Shown: in pieces, positions 39,487 to 48,764 of the stretch | How the letters are laid out: the number at the start of each line of letters is the position of its first letter | Position numbering within the stretch: the stretch's first letter is position 1 | Assembly: GCA_029558735.1 (NCBI GenBank) | Contig: JAKQDP010000047.1 | Location: 209 to 64,208 of the forward strand | Direction of reading: 5' to 3' | Source: a bacterium | GTDB taxonomy: Bacteria > Patescibacteriota > Patescibacteriia > 2-01-FULL-39-33 | DNA length: 64,000 nt | Made by a program: the position numbers and the translations under genes | The notes under the pieces: model-generated | What the model was told of the DNA's origin: nothing | What the model saw: only the letters and a program-made list of their open reading frames with translations | Databases searched by the model: none

Positions 39487-39872
39487 GGGGATGTATCGCT
39501 TCGATAGGAATAATTTAAAAATTAACAAGCCGAGGTCGGTGTTACCTCGCTAAACCTGCCGACTAAGATAAGTGCAAACAACTTATTTGCCAAATTAAAA
39601 TCTGCTTTCAGCGGATTGGCTTTGGCTCCTGCCGTTGCTTAATTTAGCTTAACGGCCATCGCCTTGCCTTAGGCCCGACGGGCAACTAGCGGTGTTATAT
39701 TATCGGGCTCGGTGATAATCCCGCCTTGAGATTATCACTTAAAACTCCAAGGCCAAGCTGTTGCCGTTTTGCTCCTTTTTACAGGCAACAGACTAAAATA
39801 AAAAGGAGCTAAGCTTGTAGTTTAATTTTTAATCCTTATTCTTAGACAGGGGCTCATTACCCCTCATCTCCA
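39487..39872 (+). ncRNA. ssrA: tmRNA (ssrA), about 386 nt
   Basis: Immediately downstream of smpB. 5' GGGGAUG pairs with 3' CAUCUCC, including the G3:U70 alanine identity pair; the discriminator is A. There is an internal ORF ending …GCUUAA that gives the tag (A)NNLFAKLKSAFSGLALAPAVA*. Confidence 0.8.
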
Positions 39873-39891
39873 CTGATAAATAAATAAAATA

Positions 39892-40455
39892 ATGCGCAGA
39901 TCCTTTAGGGGAAGAAAAAAAACCACCGCCGCCGTCAATGCTAAAATGTTGCGGGCAAACGAAAAAATCTTTGCCAGACGGCTGATGCTGATTGACGAAA
40001 CCGGCAATAATCTGGGAGAGATGTCCAAAGAAGAGGCGCTCCGCCGGGCAACTGAGGCCGACTTAGACTTGGTAGAAGTATCGCCGAAAGCCAACCCGCC
40101 CATCTGCCGGCTAATGAACTATGGCAGTTACAAATATCAACAAGAAAAAAAAGAGAAGAAACAAAAAGCCCAAAACAAAGGCGGCGAAGTTAAGACGGTC
40201 AAAATGTCTTTCCGTATTAGTCAACATGACAAAGAAATCAGAGCCAAAAGAGTCTTGAAATTTCTTGGAGAAAACAACAAAGTCCGAATAGAGATGCAAC
40301 TCCGAGGTCGAGAAAACCAACACACCGACCTGGCCAAAGAAAATATCAAAAATATGATTGACGAAATAAATAACCAACTAATAAACAAGGAAATAAAAAT
40401 CGAGCAAGAGATAAAAAAGCAAGGTAATAAATTATCAGCCGTTATAACCTTATAA
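39892..40455 (+). CDS. infC: Translation initiation factor IF-3
   Basis: …RLIDETGNNLGEMSKEEALRRATEADLDLVEVSPKANPPICRLMNYGSYKYQ…. The true start is uncertain; IF-3 genes often use AUU. Confidence 0.88.
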   Translation: MRRSFRGRKKTTAAVNAKMLRANEKIFARRLMLIDETGNNLGEMSKEEALRRATEADLDLVEVSPKANPPICRLMNYGSYKYQQEKKEKKQKAQNKGGEVKTVKMSFRISQHDKEIRAKRVLKFLGENNKVRIEMQLRGRENQHTDLAKENIKNMIDEINNQLINKEIKIEQEIKKQGNKLSAVITL

Positions 40456-40475
40456 ACATCAATAACCGTAAGACT

Positions 40476-40673
40476 ATGCCCAAGATAAAAACCAGAAAAG
40501 CCGTAACTAAAAGATTTACTGTCACCAAAAAGAAAAAGGTCATCAAAAGAACTGGCGGCCAGGATCATTTTAATGCCCGCGAATCCGGCAACACCAAGAG
40601 AAACAAACGGCGGGACAGCCAAATTGCCAAGGCCGACCAAAAGAACATCAAAAAGTTCATACCCTACGCCTAA
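40476..40673 (+). CDS. rpmI: 50S ribosomal protein L35
   Basis: MPKIKTRKAVTKRF…. Confidence 0.92.
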   Translation: MPKIKTRKAVTKRFTVTKKKKVIKRTGGQDHFNARESGNTKRNKRRDSQIAKADQKNIKKFIPYA

Positions 40674-40698
40674 TTTATTATTTTTTAAATCTTAAACA

Positions 40699-41043
40699 AT
40701 GCCCAGAGTAAAACGAGGAGTCATCCACACCAAGAGCCGAAAAAATATCCTCAAGAAAGCCAAAGGCTATAAATGGGGACGAAAAAAATTAATCAAACTG
40801 GCCACAACCGCGGTCACCAAAGCCGGCGCCTATTCTTATCGCGACCGTAAAGTCAAAAAGAGAGTCAATCGCCAATTGTGGCAGGTTCAGCTCAATGCCG
40901 CCGCCAGAGAATATGGACTGAGCTACAGTCAATTTATTGCCGGCCTTAGAAAAGCCAAAATAGAATTGGACCGCAAAGTACTAGCGGAAATCGCTAAAAA
41001 AGAGCCAAAAATATTTGCCAAGATTATAGAAAAAATCAAATAA
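40699..41043 (+). CDS. rplT: 50S ribosomal protein L20
   Basis: MPRVKRGVIHTKSRKNILKKAKGY…. Confidence 0.93.
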   Translation: MPRVKRGVIHTKSRKNILKKAKGYKWGRKKLIKLATTAVTKAGAYSYRDRKVKKRVNRQLWQVQLNAAAREYGLSYSQFIAGLRKAKIELDRKVLAEIAKKEPKIFAKIIEKIK

Positions 41044-41053
41044 CCTATCAATA

Positions 41054-41090
41054 TAAAAATCCCGGCTCAGTTGTTGAATCGGGATTTTTA
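41054..41090 (+). terminator. Rho-independent terminator of the infC-rpmI-rplT operon
   Basis: AAAATCCCG…CGGGATTTT stem with a T-run. Confidence 0.8.
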
Positions 41091-41296
41091 TATTGACTTT
41101 CCATAAAATTACTGCTAAAATAACTTCTGACGCATTAGTTGGAATACCGAATATAATCCAAATGCAGAAAAGAAATAATTAGAAAATAGAAACTATTTCG
41201 CCTTCTCGCTCAACTCGGGTAGAAAAATGGTTCCCTCGACCGAATGTGACAATTTATAATTTAAAAACGCTTGGGGGGCGTACCTGCCCGCCTTGG

Positions 41297-41376
41297 GTGG
41301 GGCTCACAGTTTGGTTACCTGTCCGCCTTTGGTGGAGAGCGCTGCCCTGTCACGGCAGAGGGTCGAAGTCCGCCCC
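41297..41376 (+). pseudogene. Degenerate tRNA-Asp-like fragment
   Basis: 41336-41360 is identical (25/25) to the tRNA-Asp D-stem plus anticodon arm (AGAGCGCTGCCCTGTCACGGCAGAG). D-loop CAGTTTGGTTA is present but interrupted by an insertion. The acceptor and T-arm are not conserved. Confidence 0.55.
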
Positions 41377-41380
41377 AGGC

Positions 41381-41477
41381 GGACGAGACGGGCAGAAGCG
41401 AAACAATTCGCCGATAGGCGAATGAGCTGAGCGTCGCTGAATGCGACCCCTGGGAGCATTCAGCGCTGCCCGGGAAC
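41381..41477 (+). repeat. Conserved tRNA-adjacent structured element, copy B (paralogue of 23060..23149)
   Basis: GGACGAGACGGGCAGAAGCGA, hairpin (ATTCGCC-GATA-GGCGAAT), AGCGTCG, hairpin (CTGAATGC…GCATTCAG), CGCTGCCCGGGAACG. This is the same skeleton as copy A with compensatory hairpins. Confidence 0.6.
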
Positions 41478-41529
41478 GTCGGGTGTAACCCGCGACCGAA
41501 ACAATTTTAACAATCAATTATCAATTTAT

Positions 41530-41607
41530 GGACCGGTAGCTCAGTTTGGTTAGAGCGCTGCCCTGTCACGGCAGAGGTCGCGGGTTCAAGTCCCGTCCGG
41601 TCCGCCA
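41530..41607 (+). tRNA. tRNA-Asp (GTC), CCA encoded
   Basis: Acceptor GGACCGG/CCGGTCC, anticodon loop CTGTCAC, T-arm CGGGTTCAAGTCCCG, then a terminator hairpin (41620-41652). Confidence 0.88.
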
Positions 41608-43098
41608 ATCGCAACAGAGAGCCCTTTGATACACTCTATCAAAGGGTTTTTTATATGCTATACTTATGTTTTTGTCTTTAAGTGTAGAGTTCAAAAGTAA
41701 AAAATTAAGTAGTTCTTGTTTTTCCTCTGATTTGGCATTTTCATAAAGTAAACTCGCCATATTTGAGAGTTCCAAAATATTTATGCCTGTTCGGTAATAA
41801 TCAATGTTAGCTTTTGTTAGCTTGCTTAATTTATCATTTAAGTCCTCAATCTTTTTCTCATATTCGCCAGCTTTTTTATTGTAATAATCTTTTGTAATTG
41901 TCCTGTCCAACCTATCCTCGTATAGTGTGTCTAAACTGCTCTCTAAACGCCGTTTTTCGTCCTCTAACGCCTCTCTGGTCTTGTCTTCGGTATTCCTCTT
42001 AAACTGCAAAGAGCCCTTTAATCCCTCTGCCACATACAATATAGTATCTTGGGAGGGCAGTTTTATGCCCTCCAAATATTTAGCTATTTGTCCGTCTAAT
42101 TCCTCCTCTTTTGCTGGCTGTTGGGAGCAATCTGTTTTGTATTTAGTGCAACTATAATAAACATATTCTCTCCCAGACGGCTTGGTTTTGCGTATAGCGG
42201 TAATATTCCTCCCACACTCCCCGCATTTCATTAAGCCCTTAAAAGTAAAATCCAAAGTGTTGTATTTAGAAAGCATTTTTTTATTCTGAAATCTATCTAA
42301 AACATTTTGGACTTTATTCCAAAGCTCTTTGGTTATAAGCGGTTCGTGTGTGCCTTTATATAACTTATCTTTCCAAATAAAATCTCCATAATAAAACGGA
42401 TTGCGTAAAATCCTTTGTGCCGTGCTTTTTGTTATATTTTTTAATTTAGTATTTTGGGGAAAATTAGCGGGTATTAACAAGCCCTCGTCTTTTACTTTTT
42501 TAATTAAACTATCAAGAGAATATAAACCAGTAGAATAATACTCAAACATCTTAATTGCCAATGTCTTATTTTTCTCATCAATCACTGGCACGCTTTTATT
42601 ATTCTGCTTTTCCAGTTTATAGCCCAGTGGCGGAGTGCTACAAGGATAAACTCCGCTTTCCGCTTTTTGAGCCAATCCTTTTTTAACTTCCTCGCTTAAA
42701 TTATCAATATAATTCTTAGCCATTAAAACCTTTATCCCGTGCATAAATTTTTGGTGGGAGTTTGCGTCTTTTCCTATCCTTTCGTTTTCCTTAACTAAAA
42801 CAACCGTTATACCGAGTTCGTCTATAATTACGTAGTCCTTAAAATTTCGGTATAAGCGGTCTGTTTTTTCTACTAATAAATTATCTACTTTTTTGTTCTG
42901 CTCTAAATACTCAACCATTTGCGAAAAGCCAGTCCTGCCAGCTTGCTTGGCGGTTTCGTCATCTTCAAACTCCTTAACAACCTTAAAACCATTTACTCTG
43001 GCATACTCCCAAAGCAGTTTTTTCTGAGCTGGTATTGAGTAGCCCTCGTCTTTCTGCTCTTTTGAGGATACTCGGACATAGATGACTGCTTGTTTCAT
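41566..43098 (-). CDS. Large serine recombinase (integrase)
   Basis: N-terminal resolvase catalytic domain (AVIYVRVSSKEQ…), a recombinase domain, a zinc ribbon (CGECGRN…YYSCTKY) and a coiled coil. The last ~30 codons are antisense to the tRNA-Asp 3' end and terminator (…GRDLNPRPLP). Confidence 0.85.
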   Translation of the reverse strand: MKQAVIYVRVSSKEQKDEGYSIPAQKKLLWEYARVNGFKVVKEFEDDETAKQAGRTGFSQMVEYLEQNKKVDNLLVEKTDRLYRNFKDYVIIDELGITVVLVKENERIGKDANSHQKFMHGIKVLMAKNYIDNLSEEVKKGLAQKAESGVYPCSTPPLGYKLEKQNNKSVPVIDEKNKTLAIKMFEYYSTGLYSLDSLIKKVKDEGLLIPANFPQNTKLKNITKSTAQRILRNPFYYGDFIWKDKLYKGTHEPLITKELWNKVQNVLDRFQNKKMLSKYNTLDFTFKGLMKCGECGRNITAIRKTKPSGREYVYYSCTKYKTDCSQQPAKEEELDGQIAKYLEGIKLPSQDTILYVAEGLKGSLQFKRNTEDKTREALEDEKRRLESSLDTLYEDRLDRTITKDYYNKKAGEYEKKIEDLNDKLSKLTKANIDYYRTGINILELSNMASLLYENAKSEEKQELLNFLLLNSTLKDKNISIAYKKPFDRVYQRALCCDWRTGRDLNPRPLP

Positions 43099-43101
43099 AA
43101 G

Positions 43102-44493
43102 CTATTTACTTTTCTCAATCAAACCCTCAACAAATTGTTTAGCTTCTTCCAACTTTTCTTTTGACTCTCTTTTTTCTTTCAAAGATAATTTGATTAACTT
43201 TTCAATCTCTTTGCTTTTATCACTCTTAGACAATTTCAATAAATCTTTTGGAATTTTTATTTTTTTAACATCTTTGGGATATAAGTGAGAGGTTTGTCCT
43301 TTAACCTGCCTTTGTATAAGCTCATAGCCAACCTGCGAACGCATAAACAAAAGTAATACATAAGGGTTAATATCCGTCTTGGCTTTTATTGTTATTATTT
43401 CCGCCACTGTAAAAACTTTTTTAAATTCATCTGGTATATAATCAACAATATCAATCTTACTGCCGATATAACTGGCTTGGTGAGCGGCACAACCCAAAAC
43501 AATATTATCTTGCTCCAATGAGTTTTTATATTTATTGGAAATTTCCTCTTTAACAAAACCTCGCTCCTCATTCTCCCAATCAATGCCATTGCCTCTTATA
43601 GCTCTAAACTTCATAATTCTATTGCCACTCTCAACATAATCATCAAAGGCGGGAGTTTTACCAATTAAAACATCTGCCACATCACCCAATAAAATAAACT
43701 CATTTGGATTTTTTTCGTATTCATTTTCAAAATAGAAAAACGGGTCAATCCTATCTAATATATTTATTTCATTATTCCACTTAACAAATGATTTTTCCTT
43801 TTTGGAAATGTCTAAATATTTATTCAGCTCTTTATTAAAAATATCAACTGTTTTTTGATAATTATCTTTTGACTTTTCTAATAAACTCCAATAAATTTCT
43901 ATTATTTCTTTTACCTTTTCTTTTTCACTTGATTTTAATTCTGGCAATGTAATATTTCTAAAAAAATTCAAATCTAAAAATGGTCTTGTGCCAGCGTGAG
44001 CCATTATCTCAATTTTTTCTTTAAATAGGTTAGTTTTCAAAAAGGCATATAAAAAATAAACATTTAATTCATTTTTTGTTCTTAAAATCATTGCATTCTG
44101 GTTCATCAGTATTTTAGGGATAACTCTTGGCATTAAAAAACATTTCCCAACAGTATTGCCTGTAACAGTTATAACTATATCAAGAGGTTTAATTCTAAAA
44201 TTGGAATATTTATCCCAAAAACCATTATCAACCATTGCCAATCCATTAAAATCAATAACATCATCTATGTCTGATACTCTAAAAATACCAATCTCTCCAT
44301 TTGGTAAATAATCGGTGCTTTTAAACGCAAAACCCTTTATATAATCAGCAAAATCAAAAACATTATTATTTGAATATTTACTGGTATTTTGTTTTTCTGG
44401 GTCGTAAAAAGAAGTATCGCCTCTTTTAGTAAAATCAATCTGATAATTCCAAAGAATAAAACAATTATTTGTTTTTACATTTTCCTTTACCAT
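43102..44493 (-). CDS. HsdS-like specificity subunit (two target-recognition domains); candidate B subunit of a BcgI-like type IIB system
   Basis: 463 aa with duplicated TRD architecture. It overlaps the A-subunit gene by 7 nt. Confidence 0.7.
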   Translation of the reverse strand: MVKENVKTNNCFILWNYQIDFTKRGDTSFYDPEKQNTSKYSNNNVFDFADYIKGFAFKSTDYLPNGEIGIFRVSDIDDVIDFNGLAMVDNGFWDKYSNFRIKPLDIVITVTGNTVGKCFLMPRVIPKILMNQNAMILRTKNELNVYFLYAFLKTNLFKEKIEIMAHAGTRPFLDLNFFRNITLPELKSSEKEKVKEIIEIYWSLLEKSKDNYQKTVDIFNKELNKYLDISKKEKSFVKWNNEINILDRIDPFFYFENEYEKNPNEFILLGDVADVLIGKTPAFDDYVESGNRIMKFRAIRGNGIDWENEERGFVKEEISNKYKNSLEQDNIVLGCAAHQASYIGSKIDIVDYIPDEFKKVFTVAEIITIKAKTDINPYVLLLFMRSQVGYELIQRQVKGQTSHLYPKDVKKIKIPKDLLKLSKSDKSKEIEKLIKLSLKEKRESKEKLEEAKQFVEGLIEKSK

Positions 44494-46430
44494 AAATAAC
44501 TCTTATATTGTTTTTTAAACTTATCCCATTCCTTCAAAATCTCTGGGACATCAGTGTCCAAAGCTCCTTGCATTTCAACCAAAAGCGGGTCTTGTTTTGT
44601 TTTCTTACCTTTCTTATCGGTTAAATATTCAATCGGTCTATCCTCCCAATCAACCACTTCGCCCTTATTGTTTCGCTTATAGGTTTTTCTGCCTCTAATG
44701 TCATATCCTATTCTTTCTATATTGGCAAAAAATATCGGGTATTTTTCTGGGAGCTTGCCGTCTTTCGGCTTTTTAATAAATAGCACACTTGATTTTACTC
44801 CCGCTCCAAACGGGACAAAAGTTTCCTGAGGCAAACTAACAACTGAAATAATCTGCACTTTATCTTTTAGCCAAGCCCTTACAAACTCGGTATTCTGATT
44901 AGTTAAATCGCCGTCTGGCAAAACTATCGCCATTCTGCCACCCTCTTTAAGCAGTCCAATACACCGCTCAATAAACAAAATATCTGGCACTTGTCCGCCC
45001 CCTTTCTTGCCTGCCAATAATTTGCCTTTCTCAAATTCACCAGTCGCTTTATCTTTTTTCCAAGTATAGCCAAAATCATAATCAGCTAAAATATTTTGGT
45101 CTGACACTTTTCCTTTTGAGCCAAAAGGCGGGTTGGTCATTATAATATCAATGCTTTCTCTGGTAATTGTTTGATTAGTATTTTTACCCAGCTCGGAATA
45201 AGGAATAAGAGCATTGGAAGTCCAAATCCCAGTGTGTCCGTCATCAATCATTACCATATACATCTTGGCGACCTTAGTTAAATCATTATCAAAATCAATG
45301 CCTTTTATATGAGTAGTCGCATATTCTTTGATATTTCCTCTTAAAATTTCCCTTTGGTCTTTTGTTAGTTCACTGTCTTTAATTGGATTGCCATTTTCAT
45401 CAAGCCAGCCACGCTGTTTTTTAACCAAGTCCCTAAAATAATTAACCGCAAACACCAAAAAGCCAGATGACCCACAAGCTGGGTCAAGCACAACCTCGTC
45501 TGGTTCTGGCTCTAACATTTCAACAACAAGTTTTTTAATCGGGTCGGGAGTAAAAAATTGCCCAGCGTCTCCCCGAAAATATGCTCCCAAGAAAGATTGA
45601 AATGCCTCACCCTTAATATCGGTATCTAAGATTGTTATATTTTCAAACTCACGGACAACATTAGCAATCTGCCTTGTTGGTATTTCTATTTTTTCACTGC
45701 CGTCAAATATGTCTTTAAATTCTTGTCGGCTTTTTGCCTCATTAAATAAATCAAAAACTCTATTTTCAAATGCTTTACTTTTTCCAGTAGCTAAAATATC
45801 GTCCCATTCTCTATCATAAATAACAAATTTACATTCTTTATCAAAACTTTTTTCATCTTGTATTTTGGCAAACAAAAGATAAATTACTTGATAAAAAACC
45901 TTTGCCTTATTGCCTGCTTTATAATTGGCGTAAATATCGTTGTGTATGCGGTCAAATTTGGCTTGTAGATTGCTTGACGGTCGCAAATCTTTTTTCATTA
46001 TCTTTTTATCGCCGTATTGCTCACCATAGCGGGGGAGATTGGCTTTTTCTTCATATCGGTCTGGCTCTTTTAGTCTTTTCCAATATTTAATTTCCAAGCC
46101 GTTTGTCCAAACTCCAATTTGAGCGGTAGTAGAATTTACATAACCCTTTAATTGTGGCTCGCCGTCTGGGAGTTTAGCGTCTGGCTCTTTGCACTCAACT
46201 ATAATATAGTGATTTTCTCGTCTGTCCTTATCTTGTGGAGACGGATAAATAACAATATCAGCTCTTTTTTTATCGTCTCTGCCCATTTGGATTGGCACTT
46301 CCAAATCAATATTTTCTTTTGGATAGCCATACTCCTCAACAAGCTGACGAGCATATTCCTGCCTGACTTTTTCTTCTGGCGTTTCGGTTATTTCCAAGCC
46401 CCTTATATAACAAGTAATTTTATTTGCCAT
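44487..46430 (-). CDS. Fused PD-(D/E)xK nuclease-like N-domain and N6-adenine gamma-class methyltransferase (BcgI A-subunit-like)
   Basis: N-terminus has D…IVECK (PD-D/ExK). MTase motif I VVLDPACGSSGFL; motif IV TNPPFG. Confidence 0.75.
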   Translation of the reverse strand: MANKITCYIRGLEITETPEEKVRQEYARQLVEEYGYPKENIDLEVPIQMGRDDKKRADIVIYPSPQDKDRRENHYIIVECKEPDAKLPDGEPQLKGYVNSTTAQIGVWTNGLEIKYWKRLKEPDRYEEKANLPRYGEQYGDKKIMKKDLRPSSNLQAKFDRIHNDIYANYKAGNKAKVFYQVIYLLFAKIQDEKSFDKECKFVIYDREWDDILATGKSKAFENRVFDLFNEAKSRQEFKDIFDGSEKIEIPTRQIANVVREFENITILDTDIKGEAFQSFLGAYFRGDAGQFFTPDPIKKLVVEMLEPEPDEVVLDPACGSSGFLVFAVNYFRDLVKKQRGWLDENGNPIKDSELTKDQREILRGNIKEYATTHIKGIDFDNDLTKVAKMYMVMIDDGHTGIWTSNALIPYSELGKNTNQTITRESIDIIMTNPPFGSKGKVSDQNILADYDFGYTWKKDKATGEFEKGKLLAGKKGGGQVPDILFIERCIGLLKEGGRMAIVLPDGDLTNQNTEFVRAWLKDKVQIISVVSLPQETFVPFGAGVKSSVLFIKKPKDGKLPEKYPIFFANIERIGYDIRGRKTYKRNNKGEVVDWEDRPIEYLTDKKGKKTKQDPLLVEMQGALDTDVPEILKEWDKFKKQYKSYLW

Positions 46431-46437
46431 AGTTTTA

Positions 46438-46623
46438 TTATTTAGTTTCTACTTTATTTAAAAAATTATTAAATTCATTCTCATCAATCCTAAACTCTTT
46501 GCCAATTTTATATGCCCTAACCTTACCCGCCTTTATATAGCGGTATATAGTCATATTTGATACTCGCAGTTTTTCTGCTAATTCTTCAACGAGATAAAAA
46601 TCTTTTTTATTTTTTTGTGTCAT
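46438..46623 (-). CDS. Excisionase-family HTH DNA-binding protein (Xis-like, or a controller protein)
   Basis: 61 aa, FYLVEELAEKLRVSNMTIYRYIKAGKVRAYKIGKEFRI (HTH_17-type). Confidence 0.7.
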   Translation of the reverse strand: MTQKNKKDFYLVEELAEKLRVSNMTIYRYIKAGKVRAYKIGKEFRIDENEFNNFLNKVETK

Positions 46624-47003
46624 AGTATAGTTCCCTCTGTTTTAGCTTTTTTAATTAACTTATCAAAATCAGCTTTTGGTATAAGCGGACAAAACTGTCC
46701 CCATCTCCATTTACCGTCAGCTCCGTTAATTTTCCCAACTATGTAATAACCAATTCTATATTCAATATCACCCTTTTTCCAACCTTTATAAGCTATTTTG
46801 CCCTCAATTTTTTCCTTTCTTAATCTTTCAATAATAAAAACTTTTTTATCAAGATTATGCTGAGGCATAAGAGTTATTGCTTCTTTTACAAAATAAAATC
46901 TGCCTTCCCTGCCAATATCTTTCATTCCAATCAGTTTATCTTTTTGCTTTTCAAATTGCTCTTTTTTCCTTTTGATAAATTGTTGAGCCGTTTCCGTTTT
47001 CAT
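46620..47003 (-). CDS. Hypothetical protein (127 aa), cargo gene
   Basis: ORF track; ATGA overlap with the downstream HTH gene. No recognisable motif. Confidence 0.55.
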   Translation of the reverse strand: MKTETAQQFIKRKKEQFEKQKDKLIGMKDIGREGRFYFVKEAITLMPQHNLDKKVFIIERLRKEKIEGKIAYKGWKKGDIEYRIGYYIVGKINGADGKWRWGQFCPLIPKADFDKLIKKAKTEGTIL

Positions 47004-47005
47004 TT

Positions 47006-47539
47006 TTAATATTTATATAAATTTTTGAAATTATCTTTGTTTAACATCTCTCTATGCATTGCAAAAAACACCTTGTCCATTTCTCTGGGAGTAATATTAT
47101 ATTTTTTTGCTAACCCTCTCATTGTCTTTAAATATTCAATCCAATTATTAACCGACATATTATTTGATAATTTAAAACCAAGTTTTTTTAACATTTCAAC
47201 ACATCTTATATCAATTATTGCATATCGCTCTGGAAAAACAACAGTTAATATCGCAGAGGCAGTCGGTATACCAACGCCAGACAAGGAACATAACAATTCT
47301 ATTTTTTTACTCTCATCATTCTCCCTAAAAGCCAATTTTGAAATTGATTTTATACTATCTTTATTTTTTAAATAATTCGGCTTTTGCCTGTTTGACTTCC
47401 ACATCGCAATAGCAAAAAAATCATCAAAATCTAAATAACCCTTTCTTTTTACTTGCTTGCCAATATTATTAAATAAAAAATATTCCAAATCATAAAACTC
47501 CAAATATTTTTTAATTTCTTGTTTTGTGAGCTTTTTCAT
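47006..47539 (-). CDS. HhH-GPD superfamily (DNA glycosylase-like) small protein, cargo gene
   Basis: LSGVGIPTASAILTVVFPERYAIIDIRCVEML parallels endonuclease III LPGVGRKTANVVL…IAVDTHIFRV (helix-hairpin-helix plus Asp). No Lys is present at the lyase position. Confidence 0.5.
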   Translation of the reverse strand: MKKLTKQEIKKYLEFYDLEYFLFNNIGKQVKRKGYLDFDDFFAIAMWKSNRQKPNYLKNKDSIKSISKLAFRENDESKKIELLCSLSGVGIPTASAILTVVFPERYAIIDIRCVEMLKKLGFKLSNNMSVNNWIEYLKTMRGLAKKYNITPREMDKVFFAMHREMLNKDNFKNLYKY

Positions 47540-47597
47540 TTTTAGTATTTATACTGAGGTAATGCTATGTTAGCATTATACCTCATTTAACAATAGT

Positions 47598-48764
47598 TTA
47601 CAACTGGATTTGGCTTTGTCTTGGTTTTATGATATTAAATTGCTCGTGTTCTGCCTTTAAAAAAGCGACTAAATTCGGTAATTTACCGTCTATATTGGGT
47701 AATTCTGCCAGTGCCAAAGCTATCTCATTTTTAATCCTCGCTATGCTCCCACCTTTGTAGTTTTCTTTTATCATTTCCCATACAGATTTTATACCAAATT
47801 TGGTAGTCATACCCACCCAATAATACAGTTCAATTTGCTTTTTATGGCTTAAACCCGACTTATCCAAATAAACTAACAACTCATTATCTTTCATTTCCGA
47901 TAATCCCACCAATCCAATAGCAGTATTATCAAAAACACTATTGAAATTATCCAGTAAAATTTGCTTAGCTAAATTACTATTTAATACATCTTTAAGTATT
48001 AAATCTTTCTTCATTTTTCCCTCCAATCTCTTACCGACTACCGACTCTAAACTTCTTTTATTTTGAATAGCCAACTCAAATTTTACCGCACTTCTTTTTT
48101 GATTTTTATTAAACTGCTCTATCAGATTTTTTTCATAATCAGTATATCCTCGCTGTAAAAGCTCGCCAATTTTATCGTATATAACATAGCCCTGAGTGGT
48201 ATTCCAAAACTTTACCCCAACACCATTATCACCTCTATCAAAATATCTATTTAAGTTAAAATCAGAGCTGGGCTTATAGTTAAATTGAGATAACTTTATT
48301 ATTACCTGTGGGGCTTTACCAAGATAAGGCGGTAATATAATAATTTTAGAAAAATCCACCCTTTTTAATATTGCCCCCTCAATACTACTAATGTCTGTAT
48401 TTATGCCCGCCTCTTGTAAATAAGCCACTGTTGTCTTATTTATCTTGTTATAATCAGACTCATCTATCTCTAATAAACTTGTTCCATAAACCGCCTTTGG
48501 AAGTGAGATTTGGATTTCCAGTGTTTCCTTTTCTTCTTGATTGCCAGATTTTCTTATTGGTCTTTTTATATAAGGAAAGTATCTTCCATTTTTATGCTGG
48601 CTTTGTGAATACTCCCAACTGTCCGCCGTGCCAACAAAAAATCCCTTTCCGCCACTGCTTCGCTTACTATATAGCTTATGGCTATCTTGTATTTTATACT
48701 GCCCAGCTTTAAGCTCCCAAACAATACTATCAATCATAACTTGCCCTCCTCCTCTAATCGCCAT
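47598..48764 (-). CDS. Hypothetical protein (388 aa), first gene of the cargo operon
   Basis: ORF track. Low-GC codon usage matching the element. No motif recognised. Confidence 0.55.
   Translation of the reverse strand: MAIRGGGQVMIDSIVWELKAGQYKIQDSHKLYSKRSSGGKGFFVGTADSWEYSQSQHKNGRYFPYIKRPIRKSGNQEEKETLEIQISLPKAVYGTSLLEIDESDYNKINKTTVAYLQEAGINTDISSIEGAILKRVDFSKIIILPPYLGKAPQVIIKLSQFNYKPSSDFNLNRYFDRGDNGVGVKFWNTTQGYVIYDKIGELLQRGYTDYEKNLIEQFNKNQKRSAVKFELAIQNKRSLESVVGKRLEGKMKKDLILKDVLNSNLAKQILLDNFNSVFDNTAIGLVGLSEMKDNELLVYLDKSGLSHKKQIELYYWVGMTTKFGIKSVWEMIKENYKGGSIARIKNEIALALAELPNIDGKLPNLVAFLKAEHEQFNIIKPRQSQIQL

Noticed and set aside
39864-40640. Minus-strand ORFs 39864..40103, 40111..40377 and 40221..40640 overlapping infC and rpmI
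   Set aside because: They are antisense to highly conserved ribosomal and IF-3 genes and have Lys/Phe-rich low-complexity translations typical of antisense AT-rich reading.
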